A program made the translations under genes and the position numbers. The notes beneath the pieces are model-generated. The model worked only from the letters and a program-made list of their open reading frames with translations. It made no database searches and was not told where the DNA came from. This document shows, piece after piece, positions 21,826 to 31,391 of a stretch of 64,000 nt of DNA (position 1 is its first letter; each line of letters starts with the position of its first letter). The stretch spans positions 64,001 to 128,000 of the forward strand of contig CAWCNY010000003.1 of assembly GCA_963797095.1 (NCBI GenBank), in the 5' to 3' direction. This stretch comes from an uncultured Chloroflexia bacterium (lineage in GTDB: Bacteria; Chloroflexota; Chloroflexia; QHBQ01; JADMIH01).

Positions 21826-22274
21826 CAGGTTTCACTCTCAGACTTGAGGTGCGGCAAGCAGTTTGCAGAGAAGTTCCCATAAGACATGGTGACGGCACTT
21901 CCTGTTCGCTTCGCCGGTACCGCCGAGTATATCTTCTTGAGCGAGTGAGCACAAATCAGGCGTGAGCCAGCCGTTCCTCAGGCACGGGCACAGACTCGAC
22001 AAAGTGAAAATGTGCATAAGTTCCAACTCCAAAACGGAGAAGGGAACCGAATACCTCTTTGGACATACCCGCTTTCGACCCGTTACATTGCGTCAAAATG
22101 CAGCATTGTTGGGTTTACCCCATATAAGCGCCACGCTCATTCTCCGATGAGTACGGCTTAGTTTCTGGTTCATGGTTTCGTCGCTCCTCTTTTGCTCTGC
22201 AAAATCGCATGACATACGATCGAGCAAATACTTCGAAGTGTGTTTGAGAATAGAGTTTACAGCCACGACTGAGG

Positions 22275-23621
22275 TCAATTGGTTGGCGCGTTCATCATGA
22301 AGTATGCTGGCGCAAGCCCTGTACATGGGCAATTCGGCTCACAGTCGGGGTTGAAGGATAGCAAAGCTAACAGAGAGCCATCAGGAGACCATTTGGGCCG
22401 CATCATCTCTGCACCGCTACTCATAAAAGGGCCGGGCCCGGTACCAATTGACGTCTTCTTGCGCTCTGGGACGTTGACCACATATACTTGGCTCTCCCGT
22501 GGAGGGCAAGGACTCGTGTCACCGTCGCATCCACCGTCTATGACAGAGAAGGCAAGCAGACTGCTGTTAGGGCTCCAAACAGCATCGTAACCACTGTGAC
22601 CAGGCGGCGTAACGACCACCCATTGAAGTCCATCCGCACTGATCATCACACCATACAAATCGCCGTTAACGATCGCACTGGCATATATCCAGTTTGCATC
22701 AGGGGACCAGCTAAAGACTTCCCATCCCATCCCAGGTTGGGTGAGTTGAAGGCGGTCACCGGTCAACAGGTTCAGCAAATAAATGGTTTGAGGTGTCGAT
22801 CCAACAAATGGCGTATCGGTAGTTTGTTGGCTGGTGGCATATGCCAACCATTGACCTCCTGGTTTCACAGCACCAGTTTCCATATAGGGCACATTGAGGG
22901 TGGATACGACTCCCCCGCTAGCTTCCAGGGTAACCAGTTGCTCACCACCTACATAGCCGTCGCGCAATGGACCACCTGTGACCCCGCTTGCTCTGATTGC
23001 GCTCCACCAACGAATCTGAGATAGTCCCAACGTAGCAGGCGCAGCGGTTATTTGGGGTGCTTGGCCGGGAGTGAATTGCATTGCATAGCCCGGTACAAAC
23101 AGGGTATTGCCCTTTGGCATCTGATCATCAAGGATACTGTAATTCGCAGCTGGGTCATAGGTATCGATTAATGTAGCATTAGAACCATCAATATCTGACC
23201 AGTACAAGTTCCCCGATATCGTCATGTATACGAGTTTGTCGCCCGTCGGAGCAAAAGCAAGGGAATGTACTGGTTCTGGACGATCAACCGAGATCTTTTC
23301 GCCGAGGTTTAGGTTCGCGTTGACGAGCAGAGTTGACGTTGTAGGCGTGACAATAGTTGCGGCCCCCAAAGATGCAGGAAGAGGTGTGTTGGAGGGGACG
23401 GGTCGCGATGGCGTCACTTCAGGAATAATAGTAGGCTCCTGAGTGCCTGGTGGAAGCGGTACCTGCGCCACATTGCCACCCTGAGATGACTGATCCTTGC
23501 TCCCAGCGGATTGACCAGTCCCACGCGACAAAATGCCTGCAAGCGCTATCGCCATGGCCAACCCAAGCAGCAGAGTAAAAAGCAAGCCTCTGGTGAAATC
23601 CTTGTAACTTTCGCTTCGCAT
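22275..23621 (-). CDS. Secreted TolB/PD40-like beta-propeller protein
   Basis: N-terminal TM/signal segment, Pro/Thr linker, repeats FAPTGD, WSPDAN, WSPNS, WSPDGS; AGGAGG RBS. Confidence 0.8.
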   Translation of the reverse strand: MRSESYKDFTRGLLFTLLLGLAMAIALAGILSRGTGQSAGSKDQSSQGGNVAQVPLPPGTQEPTIIPEVTPSRPVPSNTPLPASLGAATIVTPTTSTLLVNANLNLGEKISVDRPEPVHSLAFAPTGDKLVYMTISGNLYWSDIDGSNATLIDTYDPAANYSILDDQMPKGNTLFVPGYAMQFTPGQAPQITAAPATLGLSQIRWWSAIRASGVTGGPLRDGYVGGEQLVTLEASGGVVSTLNVPYMETGAVKPGGQWLAYATSQQTTDTPFVGSTPQTIYLLNLLTGDRLQLTQPGMGWEVFSWSPDANWIYASAIVNGDLYGVMISADGLQWVVVTPPGHSGYDAVWSPNSSLLAFSVIDGGCDGDTSPCPPRESQVYVVNVPERKKTSIGTGPGPFMSSGAEMMRPKWSPDGSLLALLSFNPDCEPNCPCTGLAPAYFMMNAPTN

Positions 23622-24105
23622 AGTAGCCTCCTGTTTTACCCGTGTAGAACAGTTGAGGGCGCCGCAAGGTACTCAGCAAACCGATAGCTCAGAGCGTCAT
23701 TAGCTAATACCCAATCACCAACTGTCCGCCATTAGTAAGTTACATATCAATGCTCCGAACTGCATGGTTGGTTTACTGTAGCTTAACGAGCATTAGTAAT
23801 AATACGGGTAACAGAATGGTGAAGGATTGGTGAAAATCGATACGTGAGTAATCACTATTCTTGATGCCAATCAATAACCAAGGCCAAGGTGTACTTTATA
23901 AGTGATTGGGGAATGCACTAAAAAGCCGTGGATATCACGAGAGTAGTCCATAACGGGGCCTATACAACAGCGGCATTTGCCACAACGGTTATAGGCCAGA
24001 ACCCCCATCCGCGTCAAGTTAAGCAATTCACAAACTGAATAAAGGAACCCTTTTTGGCATGATAGGAGGTAGCAAACCCAATCCTACAGCCGAAAGGAGT
24101 TCCTG

Positions 24106-24747
24106 ATGCCTGAACTTACCCCAAGTACTGCTGTCTTACAAACCCTCGCCTCCCAAGAAGGGGGAGCAGTGAAAAGTCGGGGGCATACCTCCCATGATTT
24201 GTGGTATGCTGAAGCGCCAGTAGGCTCATGTGTGGCACTCATGTGGCTACATCGGCTATCCGCCTGTATCAGGACCGGAAAACGTTCGTTTCTTAGAGCG
24301 CCGCCATCCGCCCTGTTTCAGTTCATCGAAGCCATAGTGCGAGTTGCATACAGCACGGGAGTCGAACGTGAGCAACTTAAGCAACGATCCGATGCACTGC
24401 GGCAATGTATTGGTTGGCTTGAACAACTGGAGCAAGGAAAGCAGGTAGCAGTAAATCTGCGACTGGAGACAGACCCCAAACCGAATATGTGCCATTCGAT
24501 GGGGAAACGGATACGCAGGATCTTGGGTCGGATCGCCTCAGATGTGGATGAGTTGGCCGGCACATGGGAAGGAAGGGTGGAAGCTCAATCCGGACCTTCC
24601 GGGCCTTTGGGGCCTGAAGAAACTGAAGAAGCAAGACATCGACGTAGGTTAGCGGAACCATCGGAACCGCCAGAGCAGAAACGACGACTGAGTCTACGCG
24701 AAGAACGGATGCTGCTCCGGACTGAGGCAGGTTTACCACCCGAGTAA
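24106..24747 (+). CDS. Hypothetical protein
   Basis: 213-aa ORF with strong AAAGGAG RBS; no recognised motif. Confidence 0.45.
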   Translation: MPELTPSTAVLQTLASQEGGAVKSRGHTSHDLWYAEAPVGSCVALMWLHRLSACIRTGKRSFLRAPPSALFQFIEAIVRVAYSTGVEREQLKQRSDALRQCIGWLEQLEQGKQVAVNLRLETDPKPNMCHSMGKRIRRILGRIASDVDELAGTWEGRVEAQSGPSGPLGPEETEEARHRRRLAEPSEPPEQKRRLSLREERMLLRTEAGLPPE

Positions 24748-25014
24748 GCTCCGCTAACCAGGCACTATGTTCACCAAACTGAACAGCTAAACGTACTTCT
24801 CTGCTCCGTTGCTACTCATACCCCGGCTAACACTAGGCGTTATGCTGATAGCTGGCGATGCTGTTAGTTCAGTCACTAACGCTACTTCTGTCGGCCGCTT
24901 ATGATCGGAGTTTGCTGAGAACACGATTACAGCCGCTATTATAGCCAGAAATATCAACAAAAGCCCCATAAATGGGCTGATGCCATGAGTATTCACACCT
25001 GACCTCCTAAGCGA

Positions 25015-25359
25015 GTGAGAAAGGCTCTTTACTCAGATAACAGAAAGGCCAGTCAGACAAGCCCGTTCGTCATTTGCTGGCTTAACTATAACAGAGTTTA
25101 TGTTTGGACTGCACCCCTATATAAGCTGCATGAATTGAAGGGGGAATACTTCACCGAAGCGACAGTGCAAGCCAGGCAACTCCCCACAATAGCCGCAGAC
25201 TGGCTCATTTTCCTCGCCGATATTAGCTATGAGTGGGCTGTTTATGAGATAGGAGCCACCAAAGGGGCGGATACATACTATATTTTCGGCGGGCAACCCG
25301 AACCAGAAAATGTCTTCCTACCCATGGAGCAATTCGGCCTGGACAACTTCGCCAAATAG
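25015..25359 (+). CDS. Hypothetical protein or gene remnant
   Basis: 114-aa ORF with protein-like composition only. Confidence 0.3.
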   Translation: MRKALYSDNRKASQTSPFVICWLNYNRVYVWTAPLYKLHELKGEYFTEATVQARQLPTIAADWLIFLADISYEWAVYEIGATKGADTYYIFGGQPEPENVFLPMEQFGLDNFAK

Positions 25360-25427
25360 CAGAGGAGCGCCAAATATCTCTGAAAGGGAAGTGCACCGTT
25401 TTGGGGGGATATGCAAAAACCCCCATC

Positions 25428-26543
25428 TTACCCCGAATAGGCGTTGAGGGGGAGCCTTTCCACACGAGCAGCCAGTTGTGACACAGCAGGTTGGCTGTAA
25501 AGGCGGGTGGTATTGAGCGAACTGTGCCCCAGCAGCGTTGCCAACCCAACCACGTCTCCGGGGTATATAGATAGGTAGCTTCGTGCAAATGTGTGGCGCA
25601 GGGAATGAACGCTCGTCTCTTGCGGGACCAGCGTGCCCGCTGCCTTCACAAGCTCGGCCATCATCTGACCTATGGCCGAGCTTGTGAGCGCTCCGCCTTT
25701 ACGGCTCAACCACAACGGCTCAAGAGCCTGCGCAGTTCCTGGCTTGGGCCACTTTGCGGCCAGTGTCTTGAGGAGCACCTTCAGTGATACCTTCTCTTTC
25801 TTCTCCCACATCTCCCCACCCTCAGTACCTTCCAGATCAAGTCGAGGCGCAACGTAGACAGCCAGCGCCTCACGAGCTGAAGCATTGAGCGGCACAGAGC
25901 GAGCTTTGTTACCCTTGCCTGCTCGGATCAAGAGCATGCCACTGCGCTCCCCGAAAGTGACGTCTCCGAAGTGCAGGCCGCTGCACTCGCTCAAGCGGAT
26001 ACCTGTCTGCAGCAGCACCTGGACAATGGCATAGTTGCGCTCCGTCTCATTGGAGGCTTGAGCCTGCCGAAGAAGAGCATTGACCTGAGAGCTGTTCAGC
26101 CCTTCTCGCTTAGGACTGCTCCCAGTAGCATCTTTACCCCTACTCACCAGTTTCACCCGAGAGGATGGGTCGGACGTCAGATAGCCCTGATCAACCAGCC
26201 AGCTGCACCAGGCGCGTAGAGCGCTGACGCGCAGGTTGATGGTGCTGACCGACTTCTGTTGTTCGTGCTGCAGATGGTTGCGGTAACCGATTAGCGCGAT
26301 AGGCGTTAGTGCCTCCAGTTGCAATGGCGCACCCTCCACTTCCCCTCCGCCTTCTTCCTGCTCGTACCAGTCGAGGAAGCGTAGCACTGCCTCCGCATAC
26401 TTCTCGACGGTGCCGGGTGAACGATCCTGCTCTTGCAAGTACCGTCGCCACTCCTCCAGTTGCCCCAATAGCCGCTCTTGAGTCCACTCCAGACGACCCT
26501 TCCTGATTGGGATTGCCTGTTTTACTGGTTTCACTGGTTCCAT
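25428..26543 (-). CDS. Tyrosine recombinase, element A
   Basis: SAM-like N-domain; TGIRLSE, GKGNK, HSLRH, LLGH, TRLY. Confidence 0.92.
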   Translation of the reverse strand: MEPVKPVKQAIPIRKGRLEWTQERLLGQLEEWRRYLQEQDRSPGTVEKYAEAVLRFLDWYEQEEGGGEVEGAPLQLEALTPIALIGYRNHLQHEQQKSVSTINLRVSALRAWCSWLVDQGYLTSDPSSRVKLVSRGKDATGSSPKREGLNSSQVNALLRQAQASNETERNYAIVQVLLQTGIRLSECSGLHFGDVTFGERSGMLLIRAGKGNKARSVPLNASAREALAVYVAPRLDLEGTEGGEMWEKKEKVSLKVLLKTLAAKWPKPGTAQALEPLWLSRKGGALTSSAIGQMMAELVKAAGTLVPQETSVHSLRHTFARSYLSIYPGDVVGLATLLGHSSLNTTRLYSQPAVSQLAARVERLPLNAYSG

Positions 26544-26787
26544 TTCCGCTATCCTTTCCCTCTCAATCTACCGCCGATGCCCCGCCGATACCATCGGAAG
26601 ATATTTCCCGCTGTTATTCTTGCTTCTTAACAGAGCTTAGCAGCCCTCGAAGTTGCGGTTGCCAGGCATGGACAACATCTCTCAAGGAGTATACAACAGA
26701 GGGTAAACAGAAAGAAATGGTAATTTCACGGTAACACATCGGCTTATCAGAAATCGGGCAAGAGCAACAAGAAAGGAGTTTGCAGCA

Positions 26788-28521
26788 ATGAAACAACAAC
26801 CAGAACCAGCACCAAAGCCAGCACCACAAGGACCATCCGACCGAGTGGCCCGAAAGGACCCGCCGAACCCGGATGTCGGAGCTCTCTCCGAGCAAATACG
26901 AGACGAGCTTTTCCGGCGTCTTGCTCTGCTCGGGGATCTGGCAGATCGGGAACGATTGAGCAATCCCAGTTTGAAGGAGCGTGCTCAAGAGGTAGGGGTG
27001 TCATATCGCACTCTACGACGCTACCACACCCGCTACCGGCGCTACGGCCTGGTAGGTCTCGCTCCTCGTGCTCGCACCGACAAGGGTAAGCGCTACACAA
27101 TCAGCCCCCAAATGGCCCAAATCGTTGAGAGCCTGAGACTGACCCACCGCGATGCACCGGTTCGCCATGTGTATGAGCTGGCCTGCCAGTATGCCGCAAC
27201 CGCTGGAGAAGCAGTGCCCAGCCCCTACCAGGTTCGCTCCATTTGCGCACAGATTCCGGAGCCGATTCGATTGCTCGCCGACGGGCGAGAAGGGGAGTTT
27301 CGCAACCGCTACCGCCTGACCTACCCCTTACGTCATGACCCTCATCGCATCGTCTGGCAGATTGACCACAAGGATCCTCTGCACGTGATGGTACGTGACC
27401 TCAGAGCACCCTCTCACCGGCGTCCTTCAGGAGAAGTGCGACCATTCCTAACGATGGTGGTTGACAGCGCTTCTCGCTTGGTGATGGCCGGACTGTTTAG
27501 CTATGACGAACCCAATCGCTTTACGGTGGCCGCTGCCATTCGCGATGCCATGCTAGGAGGGCTCACCAATGAGCACAAGCTGTTTGGAGGCGTGCCCGAC
27601 GAGATATGGATCGACAACGGCAAAGACTTGGTCGCTCACCACGTTTACCAACTGGTCGAGGGGTTGGGTATCAAGCTGATTGCAGGACCTCCCCATGCGC
27701 CGGAGATACGTGGCGTAGTCGAGCGGCTGCACCAAACGCTAGATACAAGGCTTTGGTCTACGCTCCCCGGCTATGTGGGCTCCAATGTCGTGGCGCGCAA
27801 CCCCAGGGCTAAAGCCGAGCTTACCATTTCCCAGCTCAACGAGCACTTCCGAGCGTTCATCGACCGCTACCACAACGAGGTCCACAGCGAGACTGGACAA
27901 ACACCTCTGGAGTTCTGGCAGCAACACGCCACCCCAATCCCTGTGGATGAACAACTCCTGCGCTTGCTCGACATGTTGCTCAAGGAGCCTGCCACCAGGC
28001 GAGTGCATAAGGATGGGATCAAGTATGCCGCGGAGCGTTATTGGCACCCGGAGTTGTCAGTGCTCGTTGGCGAGGATGTGTTGGTGCGGGCTGCTCCCCA
28101 TTACACGGCTCCAGACGAGATCGAGGTGTTCTTCGAGGGGAAGTGGCGCTGCACGGCTTTCGCACTCAGTTCCCCACAAGGTCAGACGCTTGAGCGCCAG
28201 GTGATCGTTGAAGCACAGCGCCGACAGCGCGCGCATGCTCGTAGCCGCATTAAGGCTGCCCGCGAGACCGCCATTGATGTCTACCAAACGCTCGAGTCAG
28301 CTTCGCCTTCTTCACCTGTCCCATCTGCCTCCTCCGCTCCCGCCTCTAAACAACAGAGCAGGCGACAACCAGCCTACACCCTCGACACACTCGACGCTCC
28401 AAGTGTTCTTCCAACAACCCGTCAGCCTGACCTGTTTGATTTCCTCATCGCCCAGCAAACCCAGCAGACCCAGCAGACTGGCCAGAACAATCCCAAAGGA
28501 GAACTCGGATGGAATCCATGA
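26788..28521 (+). CDS. Mu/TnsB/Tn552-like DDE transposase, element A
   Basis: HTH (GVSYRTLRRY), DDE triad WQID / IDNG / VER, C-terminal Mu-transposase domain; AGAAAGGAG RBS. Confidence 0.92.
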   Translation: MKQQPEPAPKPAPQGPSDRVARKDPPNPDVGALSEQIRDELFRRLALLGDLADRERLSNPSLKERAQEVGVSYRTLRRYHTRYRRYGLVGLAPRARTDKGKRYTISPQMAQIVESLRLTHRDAPVRHVYELACQYAATAGEAVPSPYQVRSICAQIPEPIRLLADGREGEFRNRYRLTYPLRHDPHRIVWQIDHKDPLHVMVRDLRAPSHRRPSGEVRPFLTMVVDSASRLVMAGLFSYDEPNRFTVAAAIRDAMLGGLTNEHKLFGGVPDEIWIDNGKDLVAHHVYQLVEGLGIKLIAGPPHAPEIRGVVERLHQTLDTRLWSTLPGYVGSNVVARNPRAKAELTISQLNEHFRAFIDRYHNEVHSETGQTPLEFWQQHATPIPVDEQLLRLLDMLLKEPATRRVHKDGIKYAAERYWHPELSVLVGEDVLVRAAPHYTAPDEIEVFFEGKWRCTAFALSSPQGQTLERQVIVEAQRRQRAHARSRIKAARETAIDVYQTLESASPSSPVPSASSAPASKQQSRRQPAYTLDTLDAPSVLPTTRQPDLFDFLIAQQTQQTQQTGQNNPKGELGWNP

Positions 28522-29522
28522 CCTCGATGATCCCAGAATATGCCGACGACCTCGACTTCGAGAACCGCCTGCCGTTCGGCCAGGCACCCATCATGACCAA
28601 CAGCGTCCAGCGCTTCCACGCCTGCATGCAGTTTATCATGCAATCCCGTGAGCAGACCGGTTATGCCACCATGGGCCTCGTCACCGGCGATGCAGGCCTT
28701 GGCAAGACCATCGCTATTCAGACGTATCTGCAGGATCTCAAGCCAAGAGCTTACAGCGGCTTTCCTGCCTGCGTCAGCATCAAAGTCAGCCCACGCTCCA
28801 CCGCTAAGGCCCTCGCCAAAACGCTGATCACGACCCTCAACGGCGAACGCGGCGGGTACAACGTCTATGACATGGAAGGTATGGTCGCACAAGCCATCCG
28901 GCGTAATGACCTGGACCTGGTGTTGGTTGATGAGGGAGACTGGCTGAACGTAGAGAGCTTTGAGATGCTGCGTCACATCTTCGACCGCACCGGCTGCCCC
29001 ATCGTGGTTGTGGGGCTGCCTCGTATCCTGAGGGTGATCAACCGCCATGAGAAGTTCGTGAGCCGCATAGGGTTGCACATGGAGTTCCTGCCCCTCACCC
29101 AGGAAGAGGTGCTGACCACTGTGCTGCCTAGCATGACCCTGCCGCTATGGCAATACGATGTCGACAACCCTGCGGACCAGCAAATGGGTGTCCAGTTGTG
29201 GCAGCGAGTATGCCCTTCATTCCGGAAGTTGCGTGTGGTGCTGCAATATGCCAGTCAAATCGCATGTGCACGAGAGGCGGAGAGGATCACGCCTGAAATC
29301 CTGGCCGAGACACTCCGCCTCATACTGATCCCACAATTACCATCATTGCGACAAGGACCACGCGAGCCTGGAAGATCGCAAGGTTCGCAAAGCCCACAAG
29401 ACGGAGTTTGTGCGGTCGGAGCGACCGGACCTTACGAGGCGGCGTCGGAGCAACGGCCATCCAAACGACAAGCTAAACGACCACCCAGGCGAGTATCACA
29501 CAATGAGGCCCTAACCCAATGA
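28509..29522 (+). CDS. TnsC/TniB/MuB-like AAA+ ATPase, element A
   Basis: Walker A GDAGLGKT, Walker B LVLVDE, arginine finger FVSRIG; overlaps the transposase stop. Confidence 0.9.
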   Translation: MESMTSMIPEYADDLDFENRLPFGQAPIMTNSVQRFHACMQFIMQSREQTGYATMGLVTGDAGLGKTIAIQTYLQDLKPRAYSGFPACVSIKVSPRSTAKALAKTLITTLNGERGGYNVYDMEGMVAQAIRRNDLDLVLVDEGDWLNVESFEMLRHIFDRTGCPIVVVGLPRILRVINRHEKFVSRIGLHMEFLPLTQEEVLTTVLPSMTLPLWQYDVDNPADQQMGVQLWQRVCPSFRKLRVVLQYASQIACAREAERITPEILAETLRLILIPQLPSLRQGPREPGRSQGSQSPQDGVCAVGATGPYEAASEQRPSKRQAKRPPRRVSHNEALTQ

Positions 29523-31063
29523 GAACGAACCCGTTTAGCATCGCAGATGCTCCCCCCTGGCTCTCAGATCTGGAAGGTTCGGAGCAGCCTGCCAAACTAC
29601 CGAGACAACTAAGGCAACTGGGAATGGTCCCGCACATCCTGGGGCGATTACTTGAAGTGGCCGAGGCTATCCCGCGACTGTACGATGCGCTTCCCTGGCT
29701 CAGAGACATGAGTGTGGAGGCACTAATCACGGAGCGCTATTCGAGGGCACTGTTCTCAAACTCCTTGGGCTTCTCAGACCGAGATCAGTTGTCTTCAGAG
29801 CCAGAGCCAGAGCCAGAACCAGAGCTGGAGCAGGAGGCGACCCTGACCACCTTCTTCCGGGAGGTAACTGAGCCGGTAGCTGGGATGATCGAAGCCCTCT
29901 ACGTTTCGCCTTTGCTTCGTGAGAGACATACGGTCTGGGAGATCGTTGGTCGGATGGCGCGATCTGCGCGTGAGAATGCATTACCTGAAGACGTAGTGAC
30001 AGGTGTCTGTGCCAGCGTCCTTCGCGAGCGCGCTGCGGTGCTGAGAAAAGGGATACAACCACGACCAGCAAACTGGAAGGTCACCTGGCGTCCAACATCG
30101 GTGTGCATACGGTGGCCGACACGGTGGCCACGTCGGCCACTTCCGCTCGATCCTCCTGTGAACTCGTTTGTGGTTGTGGTGACGGAGGAAACGACCGGCG
30201 AAGGAGGCAGAGCCCCAAGGGGAGGTAGAGTTGGGGCAGAAGGCAATGGGAGAGAGGGAGAAGTGCGAGAAAGGGTGCTGGCCTTTCGTTGCACACCTGG
30301 TGTACCTGGTACTGGTATCTGTGGTGCCCGTGATACCTGCGGCGTCATTGACATTGAGGCCCTCGAAACTGCCATGGAGCTGGCTCTTTACGACGCGTTG
30401 GCGTTCCCCCTCTCGGCTGAGGGCCGGTTCGTATGGTCTCCCTGGCACATTTCTCCGCCAACGCATCTTTATGTGCAGGCTCCTATGCCTAAAGCAATTC
30501 GACAAGCAGCGAGTGTGTGGCGCATCAAGGCGGAAGAAATCATCCAACCAGGGTCGCAACGAGATTCAGAGCGTAAGAAGGATCGGGAGTGCGAGTGGGA
30601 ATGGGGGTGGGAATGGGAATGGGAGAGGGACCTGACTGGCAGGGTGCTCGATCCTCTTCAGTATCTACGTATCCTGGACCGAGTATGTGAACGAGCATGC
30701 GGCAATGCACCCTTCCTGGCAAAGCAACAGGTAACCCGTAACCTGGGCTGGCACATGCTTCCTGAGCACGATCCTCTTATGCACTGCCCAGGCCTCGGAG
30801 AGTTACTTCCCTCATATCCTGCGGTGGTGGGAGGGGACGGAAGCGTGGAATGGAACGAGTGGCACTACCGTGACTACGACGAGAACGTACTGCGCTACTT
30901 CCCAGGGTCACGCGTCACGATCCGTCCATCTCCACTCGCTGAGGCGGCGGTGTTGGTGTACTGGCGCGGCTCGGTTCTTTGTTACGCGGTGGCCGAGGAA
31001 CTACGTCACGAAGATGGTAGCTACCGCCCTTACTGGTTTCCGTACCCACGCCTCGGCGAGTGA
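29519..31063 (+). CDS. Catalytically inactive TnsB paralogue, element A
   Basis: Collinear with the transposase by eye but lacks the DDE residues (NWKVTWR for VWQIDHK, THLYVQAP for EIWIDNG); keeps a Mu-transposase C-terminal-like domain; ATGA-coupled to the ATPase. Confidence 0.7.
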   Translation: MRTNPFSIADAPPWLSDLEGSEQPAKLPRQLRQLGMVPHILGRLLEVAEAIPRLYDALPWLRDMSVEALITERYSRALFSNSLGFSDRDQLSSEPEPEPEPELEQEATLTTFFREVTEPVAGMIEALYVSPLLRERHTVWEIVGRMARSARENALPEDVVTGVCASVLRERAAVLRKGIQPRPANWKVTWRPTSVCIRWPTRWPRRPLPLDPPVNSFVVVVTEETTGEGGRAPRGGRVGAEGNGREGEVRERVLAFRCTPGVPGTGICGARDTCGVIDIEALETAMELALYDALAFPLSAEGRFVWSPWHISPPTHLYVQAPMPKAIRQAASVWRIKAEEIIQPGSQRDSERKKDRECEWEWGWEWEWERDLTGRVLDPLQYLRILDRVCERACGNAPFLAKQQVTRNLGWHMLPEHDPLMHCPGLGELLPSYPAVVGGDGSVEWNEWHYRDYDENVLRYFPGSRVTIRPSPLAEAAVLVYWRGSVLCYAVAEELRHEDGSYRPYWFPYPRLGE

Positions 31064-31198
31064 TATCTATCATCTCACTCTAGCTCACTAGCTCACTTAC
31101 TCACTTTTCCAAAGTGGAAAAGCATACCAAACTACCTGGCACGATGGTAGGCTATTTCGCGCGTCTGTATTACCAGCAAACCCGTACACAGGCGGAGA

Positions 31199-31264
31199 AT
31201 GGTTCACATATGAACCAGGGACAACGAAAGCCGCAAATCGGGGACACTCAAAATTGCACTCAGG
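31199..31264 (-). repeat. Truncated right end of element A
   Basis: GGTTCA-CATA-TGAACC palindrome, sites AGGGACAACGAAAG (31217) and GGGGACACTCAAAA (31240); third site starting at 31262 is cut by element B. Confidence 0.7.
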
Positions 31265-31391
31265 TGTAACGTTAGCCTTTGAGTTGCACTGATTTGTGGC
31301 TTTGAGTTGCACTGGTTCAGTGCTAAACAATTGGCTGGGCCTGGCTCGCCGCTGATGAAGGTAGGACAGGACGGTCGCTGGTCATTCCTGA

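Larger units (their letters stand above)
13361..22121 (-). mobile_element. Tn3-family transposon (TnpA + tyrosine recombinase) enclosing secreted-protein cargo
   Basis: 38-bp IRs GGGGTAAACCCAACA(TTA/ATG)CTGCATTTTGACGCAATGTA at 13361-13398 and 22084-22121 (36/38 identical); flanks ATCCT and ATATA, so no TSD. Confidence 0.85.

Noticed and set aside
24787-24996. 69-aa ORF with a hydrophobic N-terminus
   Set aside because: Has an AGGAGG RBS but is short with no recognisable domain; could be a truncated exported-protein gene, not supportable.
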